In this document: positions 1 to 9,198 of the stretch, in pieces
Numbering within the stretch: position 1 is the first letter of the stretch
Layout: every line of letters begins with the position of its first letter
Source of the DNA: an uncultured Gemmatimonadaceae bacterium
Lineage (GTDB): Bacteria > Gemmatimonadota > Gemmatimonadetes > Gemmatimonadales > Gemmatimonadaceae
Reading direction: 5' to 3'
Assembly (NCBI GenBank): GCA_963790305.1
Contig: CAWBOC010000010.1
Location: 128,001-192,000, forward strand
DNA length: 64,000 nucleotides
Made by a program: the position numbers and the translations under genes
The notes under the pieces: generated by a model
Database searches by the model: none
What the model was told of the DNA's origin: nothing
What the model saw: the letters and a program-made list of their open reading frames with translations, nothing else

Positions 1-2431
1 GCGCGGCGGCGATGGTGGCCTGTGGAGTTCGCGCGGCGATCCATCCATACTCCACCCGTCCGCGCCTGACGGTATTGCCGCTGATGGCGAGATTCTCCAC
101 CGCCGCTCGCCCGCGCAGGTCGAAGCGCTGGAGGTTTCCCCGAATCGTGCCTGCCGCCGCAACGCTCCCGGCGAGCGAGTCGCGACGCACACTCGGAACC
201 GAGTCGACTTTGAGCGTGGGCGCTGGAGTGCCCATTGCCGCCCGCTCGACTTCGGTCGCGCGCGCCACGAGCGCCGAATCCTCCCGCGCCTGCTTGATCG
301 CCTTCATTCGGCGACCGGGGCGAGGGGCGACAATGGCCGTGTCCTGTCCCGGCAGCCATCGCGCCAGTCCGGAGATCGAATCCACTGTGACGCGGTACGA
401 GAGCTCGCCGGTGCGCTCGGCGACCAGCCCGAGCGTGCCGCGAATGTCCGCTCGCGCGAATGAGGTGTTCACAGTGACCGGCTGCACCGTCGCCATGCCG
501 TCAGCGATGGTCACGCGTACCCGGGCCGAGTCGAACGACACGCTATCAATGGCCGAGCCGCGAAGATCGGCAGCGATCGTCGCGCGCATCGTGCGCAGAT
601 CGCTCCCCGCCCCGCGAATGCTCGCGACGCCACTGAGCGAGGTCCGCGGCAAGGCGGTGGCGACCGTCTGCAGGTTGAAAACGGTGAGCGTTGCCTGCGC
701 GTCGTAGCTTGGCGTTCCCTGCATGTCGAGCCGCGCCACGGTCAGCAGCTTCCCGCCGTCAGGGAGCCGCAGATCTGCCCGGACCGACAGATCATTCAGG
801 CTGCCACGGGCGCGAATGGGTCCGACGGCACTGCCCTGTAGCCCCAACCCGGGTGCGAATCGGCCGACGGTCACCAGCGACAGCGGCCGTGCGCGCAAAT
901 CGACATCCATCCACGTCGTTCCGCGCATCGCCACGACCCCACGCCCGGTGAGGTGTGACCGCGCGCCGCGGTCGACGTGCTCGAGATCCATGGTCGCCGT
1001 TAGGCGCGTCGTCGTGGAGCCGTCGAGCATGGCCGTGCCCGTCACGATCCCACCGATCGGGAGATTGGGGACCGCGATGCGGGCCAGATCCACCTGCACC
1101 GGCGCGAGTCGCAGGCGCAGTCCGCGCGCACGCACTTCGCCTTCACCGAAGCCGACCAGACCACGGGCAACCACGCGGCTGCGCCCATTGACGGCATCGT
1201 CGAACGTGACGTCGCCGTCGACCGTCATCGCGCTCGTGGTGCCATCGAGCGACGCGCGTCCCCCGATGGTGCCGCGGCGGGGAATGTCGAGACTCGGAAC
1301 GAGCTGCTCGATGAGGCGGGTATCGAAGCTGGCGAACGTGAGGTGCGTGTCGTGAAAGCGCGCATCGGTCTCCGTGAGGGTGAGTCCGAAATCGCCCCCG
1401 ACCCGTGATGTCCCGGACCGAATGTCGGCGTTGCGGGCGACGTAGTCGCTGGGACCCTCATCGCGCATGACCATCTGGAAGTCGAGCGTACCACTGCCCT
1501 GCGATGGCAGTCGCGGATAGAGCCACCGGAGGTCGGCGAGTGCGATCGGAGCACCCTGAAGGGCGAGGCGCAGCTCCTGCGTGTCGATCCCGTATCGCCC
1601 GTCGCCGGCGATGTTCGAGCCAGGGAGTACGATCTTCACGTCATCGAAGCGCAGCGTGTCATTAATGACGTAGAACGTCCCTTCGACATCGCGAATCTCC
1701 GCGACCGGTGGCCGGAAAATGGCCGCGATTCCGCTGAGCGCGGTGACCTGGATGGCGATTCCGCTCGAGTCCGGATCTTCGAGGCGAAGCCGCGGCATCG
1801 TCGTGTTGATCTGCCGGAAGTCCATCACCTGCTGATAGCCCTTGCGTGCGCGGACGACGTGCTGGCGCGTGCCGCCCTCGAGAGCGGTGGCGATCACGCG
1901 CTCGCGAGCGGGTCCGACCAGGTCCCCGTCAGGCTTCCAGGGTGTGCGCACGATGAAGCGCCCACCGATGACTTCGACGTCGTTGAACGCAACCCAATCA
2001 CCGAAGCCTGGGCCCTCATTCGGTTTGTCGGGAGTCGTGTCTTCGGGGAAGATCGACTCGAAGTTCCAGTCTTCGTCCTCGAGCTTGTCGAAGATCACGA
2101 GCGGGCGCACGAGGCGAAGGCTGTGCAGCTGGATGCGCTTCCGCGCGAACGCAATGAGGCGATAGTCCGCGACCACGGTGTCGGCGGTCACGAATGGTCG
2201 CCCCGCGGTATCGGCGATCGAGAAGTCGGTCATCACGACGCCATCGAGCAGGTTGCCGCCAATGCCGCCGATGCGAACCTGCCCGTGCACCATTTCGCTC
2301 AGCGTTTGAAGCGTGAAGCGACGCACTCGCTCTCGGCCGAAGTCCGTCATCGTGAACAGCAGCACGCCCGCGACGGTGAGCACCGCGATCGCCCCAATGG
2401 CGAGACCGATTCCAACCAGAACGCGCTTCAT
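1..2431 (-). CDS. tamB: Translocation/assembly module TamB (AsmA-like) protein, 5' portion; runs off the window start
   Basis: Read by hand from ATG 2431: MKRVLVGIGLAIGAIAVLTVAGVLLFTMTDFGRERVRR, an N-terminal anchor followed by long beta-rich sequence. It starts 1 nt after the stop of the Omp85 gene. It is absent from the ORF track, probably because it has no stop in the window. Confidence 0.8.
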   Translation of the reverse strand, partial: MKRVLVGIGLAIGAIAVLTVAGVLLFTMTDFGRERVRRFTLQTLSEMVHGQVRIGGIGGNLLDGVVMTDFSIADTAGRPFVTADTVVADYRLIAFARKRIQLHSLRLVRPLVIFDKLEDEDWNFESIFPEDTTPDKPNEGPGFGDWVAFNDVEVIGGRFIVRTPWKPDGDLVGPARERVIATALEGGTRQHVVRARKGYQQVMDFRQINTTMPRLRLEDPDSSGIAIQVTALSGIAAIFRPPVAEIRDVEGTFYVINDTLRFDDVKIVLPGSNIAGDGRYGIDTQELRLALQGAPIALADLRWLYPRLPSQGSGTLDFQMVMRDEGPSDYVARNADIRSGTSRVGGDFGLTLTETDARFHDTHLTFASFDTRLIEQLVPSLDIPRRGTIGGRASLDGTTSAMTVDGDVTFDDAVNGRSRVVARGLVGFGEGEVRARGLRLRLAPVQVDLARIAVPNLPIGGIVTGTAMLDGSTTTRLTATMDLEHVDRGARSHLTGRGVVAMRGTTWMDVDLRARPLSLVTVGRFAPGLGLQGSAVGPIRARGSLNDLSVRADLRLPDGGKLLTVARLDMQGTPSYDAQATLTVFNLQTVATALPRTSLSGVASIRGAGSDLRTMRATIAADLRGSAIDSVSFDSARVRVTIADGMATVQPVTVNTSFARADIRGTLGLVAERTGELSYRVTVDSISGLARWLPGQDTAIVAPRPGRRMKAIKQAREDSALVARATEVERAAMGTPAPTLKVDSVPSVRRDSLAGSVAAAGTIRGNLQRFDLRGRAAVENLAISGNTVRRGRVEYGWIAARTPQATIAAA

Positions 2432-2432
2432 A

Positions 2433-4689
2433 TCAGAACGCCTGCCCAATCGAGAGGTGGAGCGTCAACCGGTCGGCCACCTGCCGCCATCCTTTTTTCT
2501 TGGCATCCTCGAGCGGATCGTAGGCCTTCGTCTGCTGGAGAGGGACGATGCGACGCACGCCATTGTCATCGATCACCTCGGTGACGATCGGAAGATTCTC
2601 GGCCAGTCGAGGCTTTACGCCGAGGTCTACACGAATGGGTCCGACCGGCGTCGTGTACCGAAACCCGAAACCGGGTGTGACCGCGCTCGTGCCGCGCGTG
2701 AGCGTTGAGACATCGCCCTCGCCGACGACGGCGGCGTCGACGAAGACCGCCATGTCGAGGGAGCGCCAGATCCCGAAGCGATACTCGACGCTGCCCTCGA
2801 GCAGGGTGCTGCCACCGACGGGGCGAGGCTCGAAGTCGCTCGAATGGGAGGGCAGTAGCTTCCTCGCAGCTGCCGCTCATCAGCTCCTCGCGCGTGCACA
2901 GCGGAGGAAGCGTGGTGGTGTCGTTGACGACCCGGGGGTTCAGCACCTTGCCCGGATCGAAGGTAAGCACGCGAGGTCCGAGCTGATTCTCGCCGTATCC
3001 CCGAACCGACTGTGATCCCCCCGCGTAGAAGCGCTTTCGGGGGTGCAGGATCAAGTTCGTGGTCGACGCCTCTCCGGTGAGCGCTTCCGACGCACTCCCG
3101 AGCGCTTTGACCCAGCCACCACGCACGCGCCAGGAGAGCACGGCGTGGCGGCCGAATGGATGGTACCGGCGATACTCCCCCGACACGCGATTGTAGCGAT
3201 AGTCGGACATGGTGAACGCCGACGCGTGCTCGACGTCGGCGCGCGCGAAATACCCGCGGCTCGGGTCGAGCGGGTCGTCGCCGCGATCCGTCAAAAGCGA
3301 CAGCGCAAGCGGCGACATCCGTTGACGCGCACGCAGCGCCACGATATCGCTCGGATCGCAAATTCCGAAGTTCTCGCAGAAATACACGTCGCTGGCTTCG
3401 ACCCGCGTCAGCTCGAACCGATACGTCAGGCTGATCGGTGCCCGCGTAGCGAGCATGCGCGTGAACGTCGCGCTCGTGCCGAATCCCTTCTCGACGAAAA
3501 TCCCCGGAGCGCTGCGGCAATGCGTAAACGCACTCAGGCCCAGTGTATTCCGGGGAGACTGGAACCACGGCTGTGTAAAGTCGGCGCTCGCCTGCCAGGT
3601 GGGCGAGAAGTACTGGTCGGCCTCCCGGTCCGCGACCGGCCGGCGCAGGACTTCCTGAAATGGGAAGCGCGCGTTCAGCGAATTGGCCAGGAGGTTCCCG
3701 ACCGCCGCGCGGAAATCGAGCCGCCTCCCACCGCCGAACCAGTTGTATCTCGTGAGGCGGCCTTCGACCTGGCCGAATTCCAGTGTACTGAATCCCGCGC
3801 TCGCGCGAATCTCGCGCAGCGGGGCCTCTTGTACCGTGATCTCGATGTGCTTCACGCTGTCGCCCTGTGGCGGGACGATGATCACCGCGCGCCGGAACAG
3901 GTTCGACTCGTACAGATTGCGCTGGCTGGTGGTGATCTCGTTCCGCTTGTAGAGACGGCCTTCCCGCAGGGTAAGCGAGTTGCGAATGGTCCGTTCGGAC
4001 ACGCGCTCATTGCCGCTGATGGAGATTTGTCCGATGGTGGTGGCCCATTTCGGCTCGACGGTCGCGCGAATGCTGGCAGACTTCGCGGCCGTATCGACCA
4101 CGATCGTGTCGACGCGCGCGTCGGCGTCTCCGTATCCCTTGTCCCAAAGAGCCGACTCGAGAAAGAAGACGCTCGAGTCGAGCGCGATGAGGTTGAGCGG
4201 ATCGCCGGCGCGCACCTTCATCGCGCTCCGCACTTCGTTGTCGTTGAGCACTTCGCCGGGACGCTCGACGCGGATCGAGCTCACGCGAGTCGGCGGCCCT
4301 TCAGTAACTCTGAACTCGACGCGTACCCCCCCTTTTTTCGGGGTAACTACGGTATCGACCTGGGCATCGCGCCATCCGCGCTTCCAGTAGAACACGCGGA
4401 TGCGAAGCATGTCGCGCCGCAGCTCGGTGCGATCGAGGTAATGCCTGTCCTTGAACAGACTCCAGTTGCTCACCCAGCAGAAGGGCGTGAGCAGCAGACT
4501 GCGGCAGCGCGTCTTTTCAGTCTCGATGCTCTCTTCGAGGTCGTCCTTGCTCACCGACTCCACGCCCGCCCACTTCAAATCCTTGACCTCGGGCGCTTCG
4601 CGCTCGTCTCGCGCCTGCGCACCCATCGGTGTTCCGCCGGTGAGGCAGACAAGCAATGCGATGAGGCTTGCCAGGGCGAGGCGAGTCAT
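2433..4689 (-). CDS. tamA: Omp85/BamA-TamA family outer-membrane protein (POTRA domains plus beta-barrel), apparent +1 frameshift near 2844
   Basis: Signal peptide MTRLALASLIALLVC, POTRA motifs (ISGNERVSERTIR), barrel loop motif RFYAGGSQSVRGY and a C-terminal GFGFRYTTPVGPIRVDLG...LHLSIGQAF. The two halves are in different frames (ORFs 2566..4719 and 2433..2753). Confidence 0.85.
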
Positions 4690-4724
4690 GGGGTCCGGAA
4701 ATGCAAGCCCTGCGCCCAAGAAAA

Positions 4725-4810
4725 TGAGGCGCTAGAGGCGCTAGAAGCGCTAAAGGCGCTGGAGGATAACCCCCAGCGCCTCTAGCGCCTCTAGCGCCTC
4801 TAGCGCCTCA
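4725..4810. repeat. Palindromic element of tandem 9-mers (GGCGCTAGA)n...(TCTAGCGCC)n
   Basis: Four units on each arm form an inverted repeat between rho and tamA. Confidence 0.9.
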
Positions 4811-4814
4811 GCCG

Positions 4815-6302
4815 TTACAGCCCCGCGAGCAGCGCGTCGTTCCCCGCCGTGCCGGCGATGCGCTTGATCAACCACTCCATCGCCGACTGCGGCGGCATCT
4901 GTTGGAGACCGCGGCGCAGCGTGTAGACGTTGTCCAGCTGATCCGGACGGAAGAGCTTCTCCTCGCGCCGCGTTCCACTCGTCGCGATGTCGATCGACGG
5001 GAAGATACGCTTCTCGGACAGTGACCGATCGAGCTTGATCTCGGAGTTGCCAGTCCCCTTGAACTCCTCGAAGATCACGTCATCCATGCGCGAGCCCGTC
5101 TCGACGAGCGCGGTGGCGATGATCGTCAGCGAACCGCCGCCGTGCTGCGGTGCCACCGAGCGCGCCGATCCGAAGAAGGCCTTCGGGCGCGCCATGGCCG
5201 TCGCGTCGAGACCCCCTGAGAGGGTGCGACCGGTGCCACGCTCCACCGTATTGTGTGCCCGCGCGAGCCGCGTCAACGAGTCGAGCACGATCACGACGTC
5301 CTTGCCATTCTCCACCAGCCGGCGCGCGTGCTCCAGTGTCATCTCCGCGACATCGACGTGTCGCTCGGCGGGCTGATCGAAGCTCGACGCGATCACCTCA
5401 CCGCGCCCCCACTCGATCATCTCGCTGACTTCCTCGGGGCGCTCATCGACCAGCAACACCAGCAGCGTCGCCGTCGGATGATTGATGGCCACACCCTCCG
5501 TGATCGCCTGCAGCAGCATCGTCTTTCCGGCACGCGCAGGCGCAACGATCAGCGCGCGTTGGCCGAACCCGATCGGCGCGATGAGGTCGATGGCGCGCCG
5601 CGTGAGCTCTGGGCCCCCCTTCGCGGGCTTGCCCGTCTCGAGGACGAGTTTGCGCTCCGGATAGGACGCGACGAGCGACGAGAATTCCGGCCGGCGCAGT
5701 GCCAACGTGGGATCGTCACCATTGATCGTCCGCACCTCGGCCACCGCCATACGTCCGCGATGGTCGCGACCGACCGTCGCGTTCACCATGTCGCCGCGGC
5801 GAAGGCCGAGCTGCCTGACGAGGTGCGGCGGCACGAAGGCATCGGCGGGGGTGGGGAGATAACTCTCCGCCGCCCGGCGAATGAAGCCGCCGTCGCGTGA
5901 CGGGTCGAACCATCCTTCCGCATCGCCCTCGGCGACAATGACCGCTGGCACCGGAGCGCCGCCGCCATGCTCGGGGCGAGGACCGCCGCGTCCGCGACCG
6001 CGTCGTCCACGCCGTCCATTCTGACCAAATCGATCACGCCCACCCTGGTGCTGCGGTTGCTGACCGGGATGTCGCGTCGGAGGGGGACCGCCCGGCGTGG
6101 GGACGTTCTCACTCGACGGAATGCTAGGCGGCGCGGTCGGAGCGGGCGTGCCATTGTCGCGCTCCGGCGTATCGCCGTCCGGTAGCGCTGACGCGTCGTC
6201 ACGGTAGGGATTCACTTCCATGTCATTGGCCTCGAAGGTGGGACGAGGCTGCGCTGGGCGCGGGCCGCGCCCACGACGGGGCGGGCGTCTGCGTTCGTTC
6301 AT
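4815..6302 (-). CDS. rho: Transcription termination factor Rho with a low-complexity N-terminal extension
   Basis: DLIAPIGFGQRALIVAPARAGKT, LLVDERPEEV, DSLTRLARAHN and FEEFKGTGNSE. Start taken at MNERRRPPRR (ATG 6302). Confidence 0.95.
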   Translation of the reverse strand: MNERRRPPRRGRGPRPAQPRPTFEANDMEVNPYRDDASALPDGDTPERDNGTPAPTAPPSIPSSENVPTPGGPPPTRHPGQQPQHQGGRDRFGQNGRRGRRGRGRGGPRPEHGGGAPVPAVIVAEGDAEGWFDPSRDGGFIRRAAESYLPTPADAFVPPHLVRQLGLRRGDMVNATVGRDHRGRMAVAEVRTINGDDPTLALRRPEFSSLVASYPERKLVLETGKPAKGGPELTRRAIDLIAPIGFGQRALIVAPARAGKTMLLQAITEGVAINHPTATLLVLLVDERPEEVSEMIEWGRGEVIASSFDQPAERHVDVAEMTLEHARRLVENGKDVVIVLDSLTRLARAHNTVERGTGRTLSGGLDATAMARPKAFFGSARSVAPQHGGGSLTIIATALVETGSRMDDVIFEEFKGTGNSEIKLDRSLSEKRIFPSIDIATSGTRREEKLFRPDQLDNVYTLRRGLQQMPPQSAMEWLIKRIAGTAGNDALLAGL

Positions 6303-6688
6303 GCAACCATGTGTGTCGTGGTGAATTCTCGGTGGACACGTCCATGCGGATCGTGTCCCGTACTTCCTATGGAGCTTGTCGTGAGCGCGCCGCTGCACGC
6401 GGCTGTTCCAGTCGCTCTGGTGCATGGCCGTCATGGCGACGCACCGGTCCTGCTTCCGTGCTGTTGTCGACGACGTCGCGGAACCACGGACAACTCACGC
6501 GCTTCCGGCGCTTGCTCAGCGCAACCCGAGCGGCTCCGCGCCTGCCGTGCGGCGCTGCTCGTCCACTTTGGGATGGCCGACGCGCACCGGCGGGTCAGCC
6601 ACCACCAACTTCACTTCCCAGGTCGATTTACGCAACTGCCAGCTTCCGGGCCCTCTCCAGGGGCGAGAAGTGTGCCCAAGGCACCCCC

Positions 6689-6928
6689 TCATTCCTCCTT
6701 CTCCCTCAACGCGTCGAGCTTTCGGGAAGACGCAATCACGCGCCTGGCGAGATCGACGATACGTCTCACCGAGTCTCGCTGCTCCTCGTTGAGAGTGGCG
6801 TCGAGCTCCAGGAGCTGCGATTCCGCCAGCAGCGCGGCGAGTGGGTTGTTCATCTCGTGCTGCACTCGGCCTACCGCGTTCGATAGCTCCATCACCCGGC
6901 TGGTCTCGCTCAGCTTGTGCTCGCTCAC
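6689..6928 (-). CDS. Stand-alone histidine-kinase dimerisation/phospho-acceptor (HisKA/DHp) protein, 79 aa
   Basis: H-box VQHEMNNPLAALL followed by a second helix. No ATPase or sensor domain. Confidence 0.75.
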   Translation of the reverse strand: MSEHKLSETSRVMELSNAVGRVQHEMNNPLAALLAESQLLELDATLNEEQRDSVRRIVDLARRVIASSRKLDALREKEE

Positions 6929-7040
6929 GCGTCAGGCTCCGGCCGCTTTCGGTCAAGGTCCCCGCACAATGACGACGCATCGTCGCATTCGTCAGTCGAG
7001 GGTGACCTCGGCTGGTGCTTCTGCATAACTTACGCCTTCC

Positions 7041-7628
7041 ATGACACGCGCCGACGTTCACACCGAGATCACCGCCGCCGTCGATGCCTATCGGGAGGAC
7101 GCGAACATCGCCCACCTCCTCGAGCGCATCGAGGACGTCGCGCGTACGGCCGATCCCGACACGCTCGCGTCAGCGGTCGAGCCGTTCCGGGCAATGCCCG
7201 AGGTCGCGGGCCCGGCATATGAGCACATCGTCGCCGCCAAGCCTGACGACGCGCATGCACTGGTGATTCTCGCCAACGCCTACTGGCTCGCGGGCCGCGG
7301 GCCGGAGCACGTCGCGGAGCTCGCCTCCCGCGCCATCGCGGCCGATCCGACGCATCGCGGTGCCTGGCACCTCTGGGCACTGACCGAGAGCGATCTTCGC
7401 TCTCGTGTGAGCCGCTGGCACCAGGTCGCCGAGCGCTTTCCGGGTGACCAGCTCGCTCGCGCGAACCTGGCCGACAACGCGGCCGCACTTGCCTCGACCG
7501 CTCACGATCGTGAGGCACTCGACCTGGCGATTGAGACCTATGGTGGACTGCTGGCCCTGGCCGAGCGGGAGGAGGAGCGTCAGGCGTTGGGGCGCGCGAT
7601 CGAGACTCTGCGAGGATGGCGGTTGTGA
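7041..7628 (+). CDS. Helical TPR-like hypothetical protein
   Basis: TPR-like segments PDDAHALVILANAYWLAG and RAIAADPTHRGAWHLWA. Confidence 0.7.
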   Translation: MTRADVHTEITAAVDAYREDANIAHLLERIEDVARTADPDTLASAVEPFRAMPEVAGPAYEHIVAAKPDDAHALVILANAYWLAGRGPEHVAELASRAIAADPTHRGAWHLWALTESDLRSRVSRWHQVAERFPGDQLARANLADNAAALASTAHDREALDLAIETYGGLLALAEREEERQALGRAIETLRGWRL

Positions 7629-7690
7629 ATGCGGAAGGCGGAATATCGTTGACGGTCAAGAACCTTCCGCATTCCGTATTCCGCTTTCTA
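7626..7690. repeat. Palindromic heptamer element (GCGGAAT family)
   Basis: gaatgcggaaggcggaat ... ccttccgcattccgtattccgc, lying between convergent genes. Confidence 0.75.
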
Positions 7691-7695
7691 CTTAG

Positions 7696-8091
7696 CTACG
7701 CGCTCGCGTCTCTCACTCGCGGCGCCATTTTCGCCAGCTCACCGGTGAGCTCCTGCAGCTCGAACGGTTTGTGAAGCGCCTTGCAGCCGCACGCCTCGAT
7801 GAGCTCGAGCGCGCGCTCACTGGTGTCACCAGTGGTGAAGAGCGTGCGATAGCGCAGGTGCGGCTGGATCGATGCGGCGAGCTCGAACAGCACGTCCCCA
7901 CGCAGGTCGGGGATGCGGAGATCGAGCACGAGGAAGTCGAAGTGTTCAGCGCGGAGGAGCGTGTGGGCCTGCTCGCCAGCCTCGACGGCAATGACGTCAT
8001 AGCCGGCGCGCCCGAGGGCGATCGTCAGCGCACGACAGATCGTCGGTTCATCATCGACCACGAGTACACGCAACCGTTCATTGAACCGCAT
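7696..8091 (-). CDS. Single-domain response regulator (receiver only)
   Basis: RVLVVDDE, LVLDLRIPD (phospho-Asp), FTTG and HKPF. Start MRFNERL overlaps the end of the AraC gene. Confidence 0.9.
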   Translation of the reverse strand: MRFNERLRVLVVDDEPTICRALTIALGRAGYDVIAVEAGEQAHTLLRAEHFDFLVLDLRIPDLRGDVLFELAASIQPHLRYRTLFTTGDTSERALELIEACGCKALHKPFELQELTGELAKMAPRVRDASA

Positions 8092-8875
8092 TCGTTCGCT
8101 CTCCTCGCCGTGCCAGCCGCGCCGTGAGCAGCGCGACGAACTCGTCTGGTGGTACACTTTGCCGCAACGTGGTCGGCGTGAGCCCCGTGGCTGCTCGAAC
8201 CTGCCGTGCGAACAGCCGAGCCGATCCGTAGCCGAGCCGCTCGACCACCTCGTCCAGCGAGCGTCCCGGGTCCTGCATGTAGAAGTACGCGCGCAACAGT
8301 CGCGCGCCCAGCACCAGCATCCTTGCCGAAGCCACTCCGGCGCGTTCGAGCCACCGGTCCAGCGCCCTGCGGTTCATCGCCGCGGCCTTGGCGAGATCGT
8401 TCACATCCCTGAACTGCTGCGGTACCCGAAAGAGCCGCTCGACGGCTCGCGCAAGCTCGGCGGGGACAGTCGCGAGCGGTCGCGCGAGCAATGCGAGCAC
8501 CGCATCACTCATCGCGTACGCCGGCTGCCGCTCCAGGAGATCGCGGAAGCGGCGCGGCTCGTCGTCGAAGTTCCGGAGGACGACGTGCCGCACGCCCAGC
8601 TTTGCCAGCTCGACCGTCGCCCCGAGCGTTTCCGGAGCGAGGATCGTGTAGATCACTACTGGGAGCGAAGGGAAGTCCCGGATCAGACTCCGGAGCTCGT
8701 CCAGTCGCACCGTTCCCTCGGCCCGTGGATCGGCAACGAGCAGATCCACCGGCTTGCGTCGCACTTCGTCCTCGAGCTCATCCCACCGATCGACGGTGAT
8801 GACGTGGTGCTCGCGGCCGAGGACGATTCGCAGGTGGGACAGCAGAAGGGGAGGGAGACGGACGACGACGTTCAC
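8078..8875 (-). CDS. AraC-family regulator with an atypical receiver-like N-terminal domain
   Basis: C-terminal double HTH (VNDLAKAAAMNRRALDR; SLDEVVERLGYGSARLFARQVRAATGLTPTTLR). N-terminal VDLLVADP...PVVIYT resembles a receiver fold. Confidence 0.85.
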   Translation of the reverse strand: MNVVVRLPPLLLSHLRIVLGREHHVITVDRWDELEDEVRRKPVDLLVADPRAEGTVRLDELRSLIRDFPSLPVVIYTILAPETLGATVELAKLGVRHVVLRNFDDEPRRFRDLLERQPAYAMSDAVLALLARPLATVPAELARAVERLFRVPQQFRDVNDLAKAAAMNRRALDRWLERAGVASARMLVLGARLLRAYFYMQDPGRSLDEVVERLGYGSARLFARQVRAATGLTPTTLRQSVPPDEFVALLTARLARRGERTNAVQ

Positions 8876-8901
8876 GCCATCGGATTACGTGTCCTAAAAG
8901 T

Positions 8902-8984
8902 GCACATCGATGTCTCAAGATGTGCGTTTACCGATGGACGCGTAACCGTACCTTGCGTGACAGTTGCAACCCCCCAGTTACAAC
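8902..8984. promoter_or_regulatory. Candidate operator sites in the divergent AraC/peptide intergenic region
   Basis: Inverted repeat GCACATC-N10-GATGTGC (8902-8925) and direct repeat CAGTTGCAAC/CAGTTACAAC (8961-8970, 8975-8984). Confidence 0.45.
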
Positions 8985-9004
8985 TCTTCCCGCGAGGTCA
9001 GATC

Positions 9005-9139
9005 ATGTCCCGCCGCCGCCTCTCTCTCCTGGTGCTCTCCCTCCTGACGTTCGCTGTCGCTGCCTGCGCTGACGTGACTGCGCCGGAACCGAGCAGTGAT
9101 TGCGCGATCACCTCAGGCTCCGCCGGCAAAACCTGCTGA
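9005..9139 (+). CDS. Small exported lipopeptide precursor, 44 aa (MSRRRLSLLVLSLLTFAVAA-CADVTAPEPSSDCAITSGSAGKTC)
   Basis: GAGGT RBS upstream, a basic n-region, a hydrophobic h-region, lipobox VAA-C21, and its own intrinsic terminator. In the ORF track it appears only as the tail of the spurious 8081..9139 ORF. Confidence 0.8.
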   Translation: MSRRRLSLLVLSLLTFAVAACADVTAPEPSSDCAITSGSAGKTC

Positions 9140-9160
9140 CATTAGTTCGTTCCAATCTTC

Positions 9161-9193
9161 AGGCCGCGGACTGCCATCCGCGGCCTTTTTTTT
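9161..9193 (+). terminator. Rho-independent terminator of the lipopeptide gene
   Basis: 10-bp stem AGGCCGCGGA/TCCGCGGCCT with a 6-nt loop and a T8 run. Confidence 0.9.
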
Positions 9194-9198
9194 CAGGG

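Noticed and set aside
12..2400. Numerous plus-strand ORFs of 80-240 aa
   Set aside because: They are antisense shadows of tamB, typical of high-GC DNA; the same applies to most short overlapping ORFs in the track.
4725..4810. Tandem repeats read as a CRISPR array
   Set aside because: The units are 7-9 bp with no unique spacers, and there are no cas genes in the window.
8081..9004. 352-aa plus-strand ORF 8081..9139
   Set aside because: It is an antisense shadow of the AraC gene; only its last 44 codons, which have their own RBS, look real.
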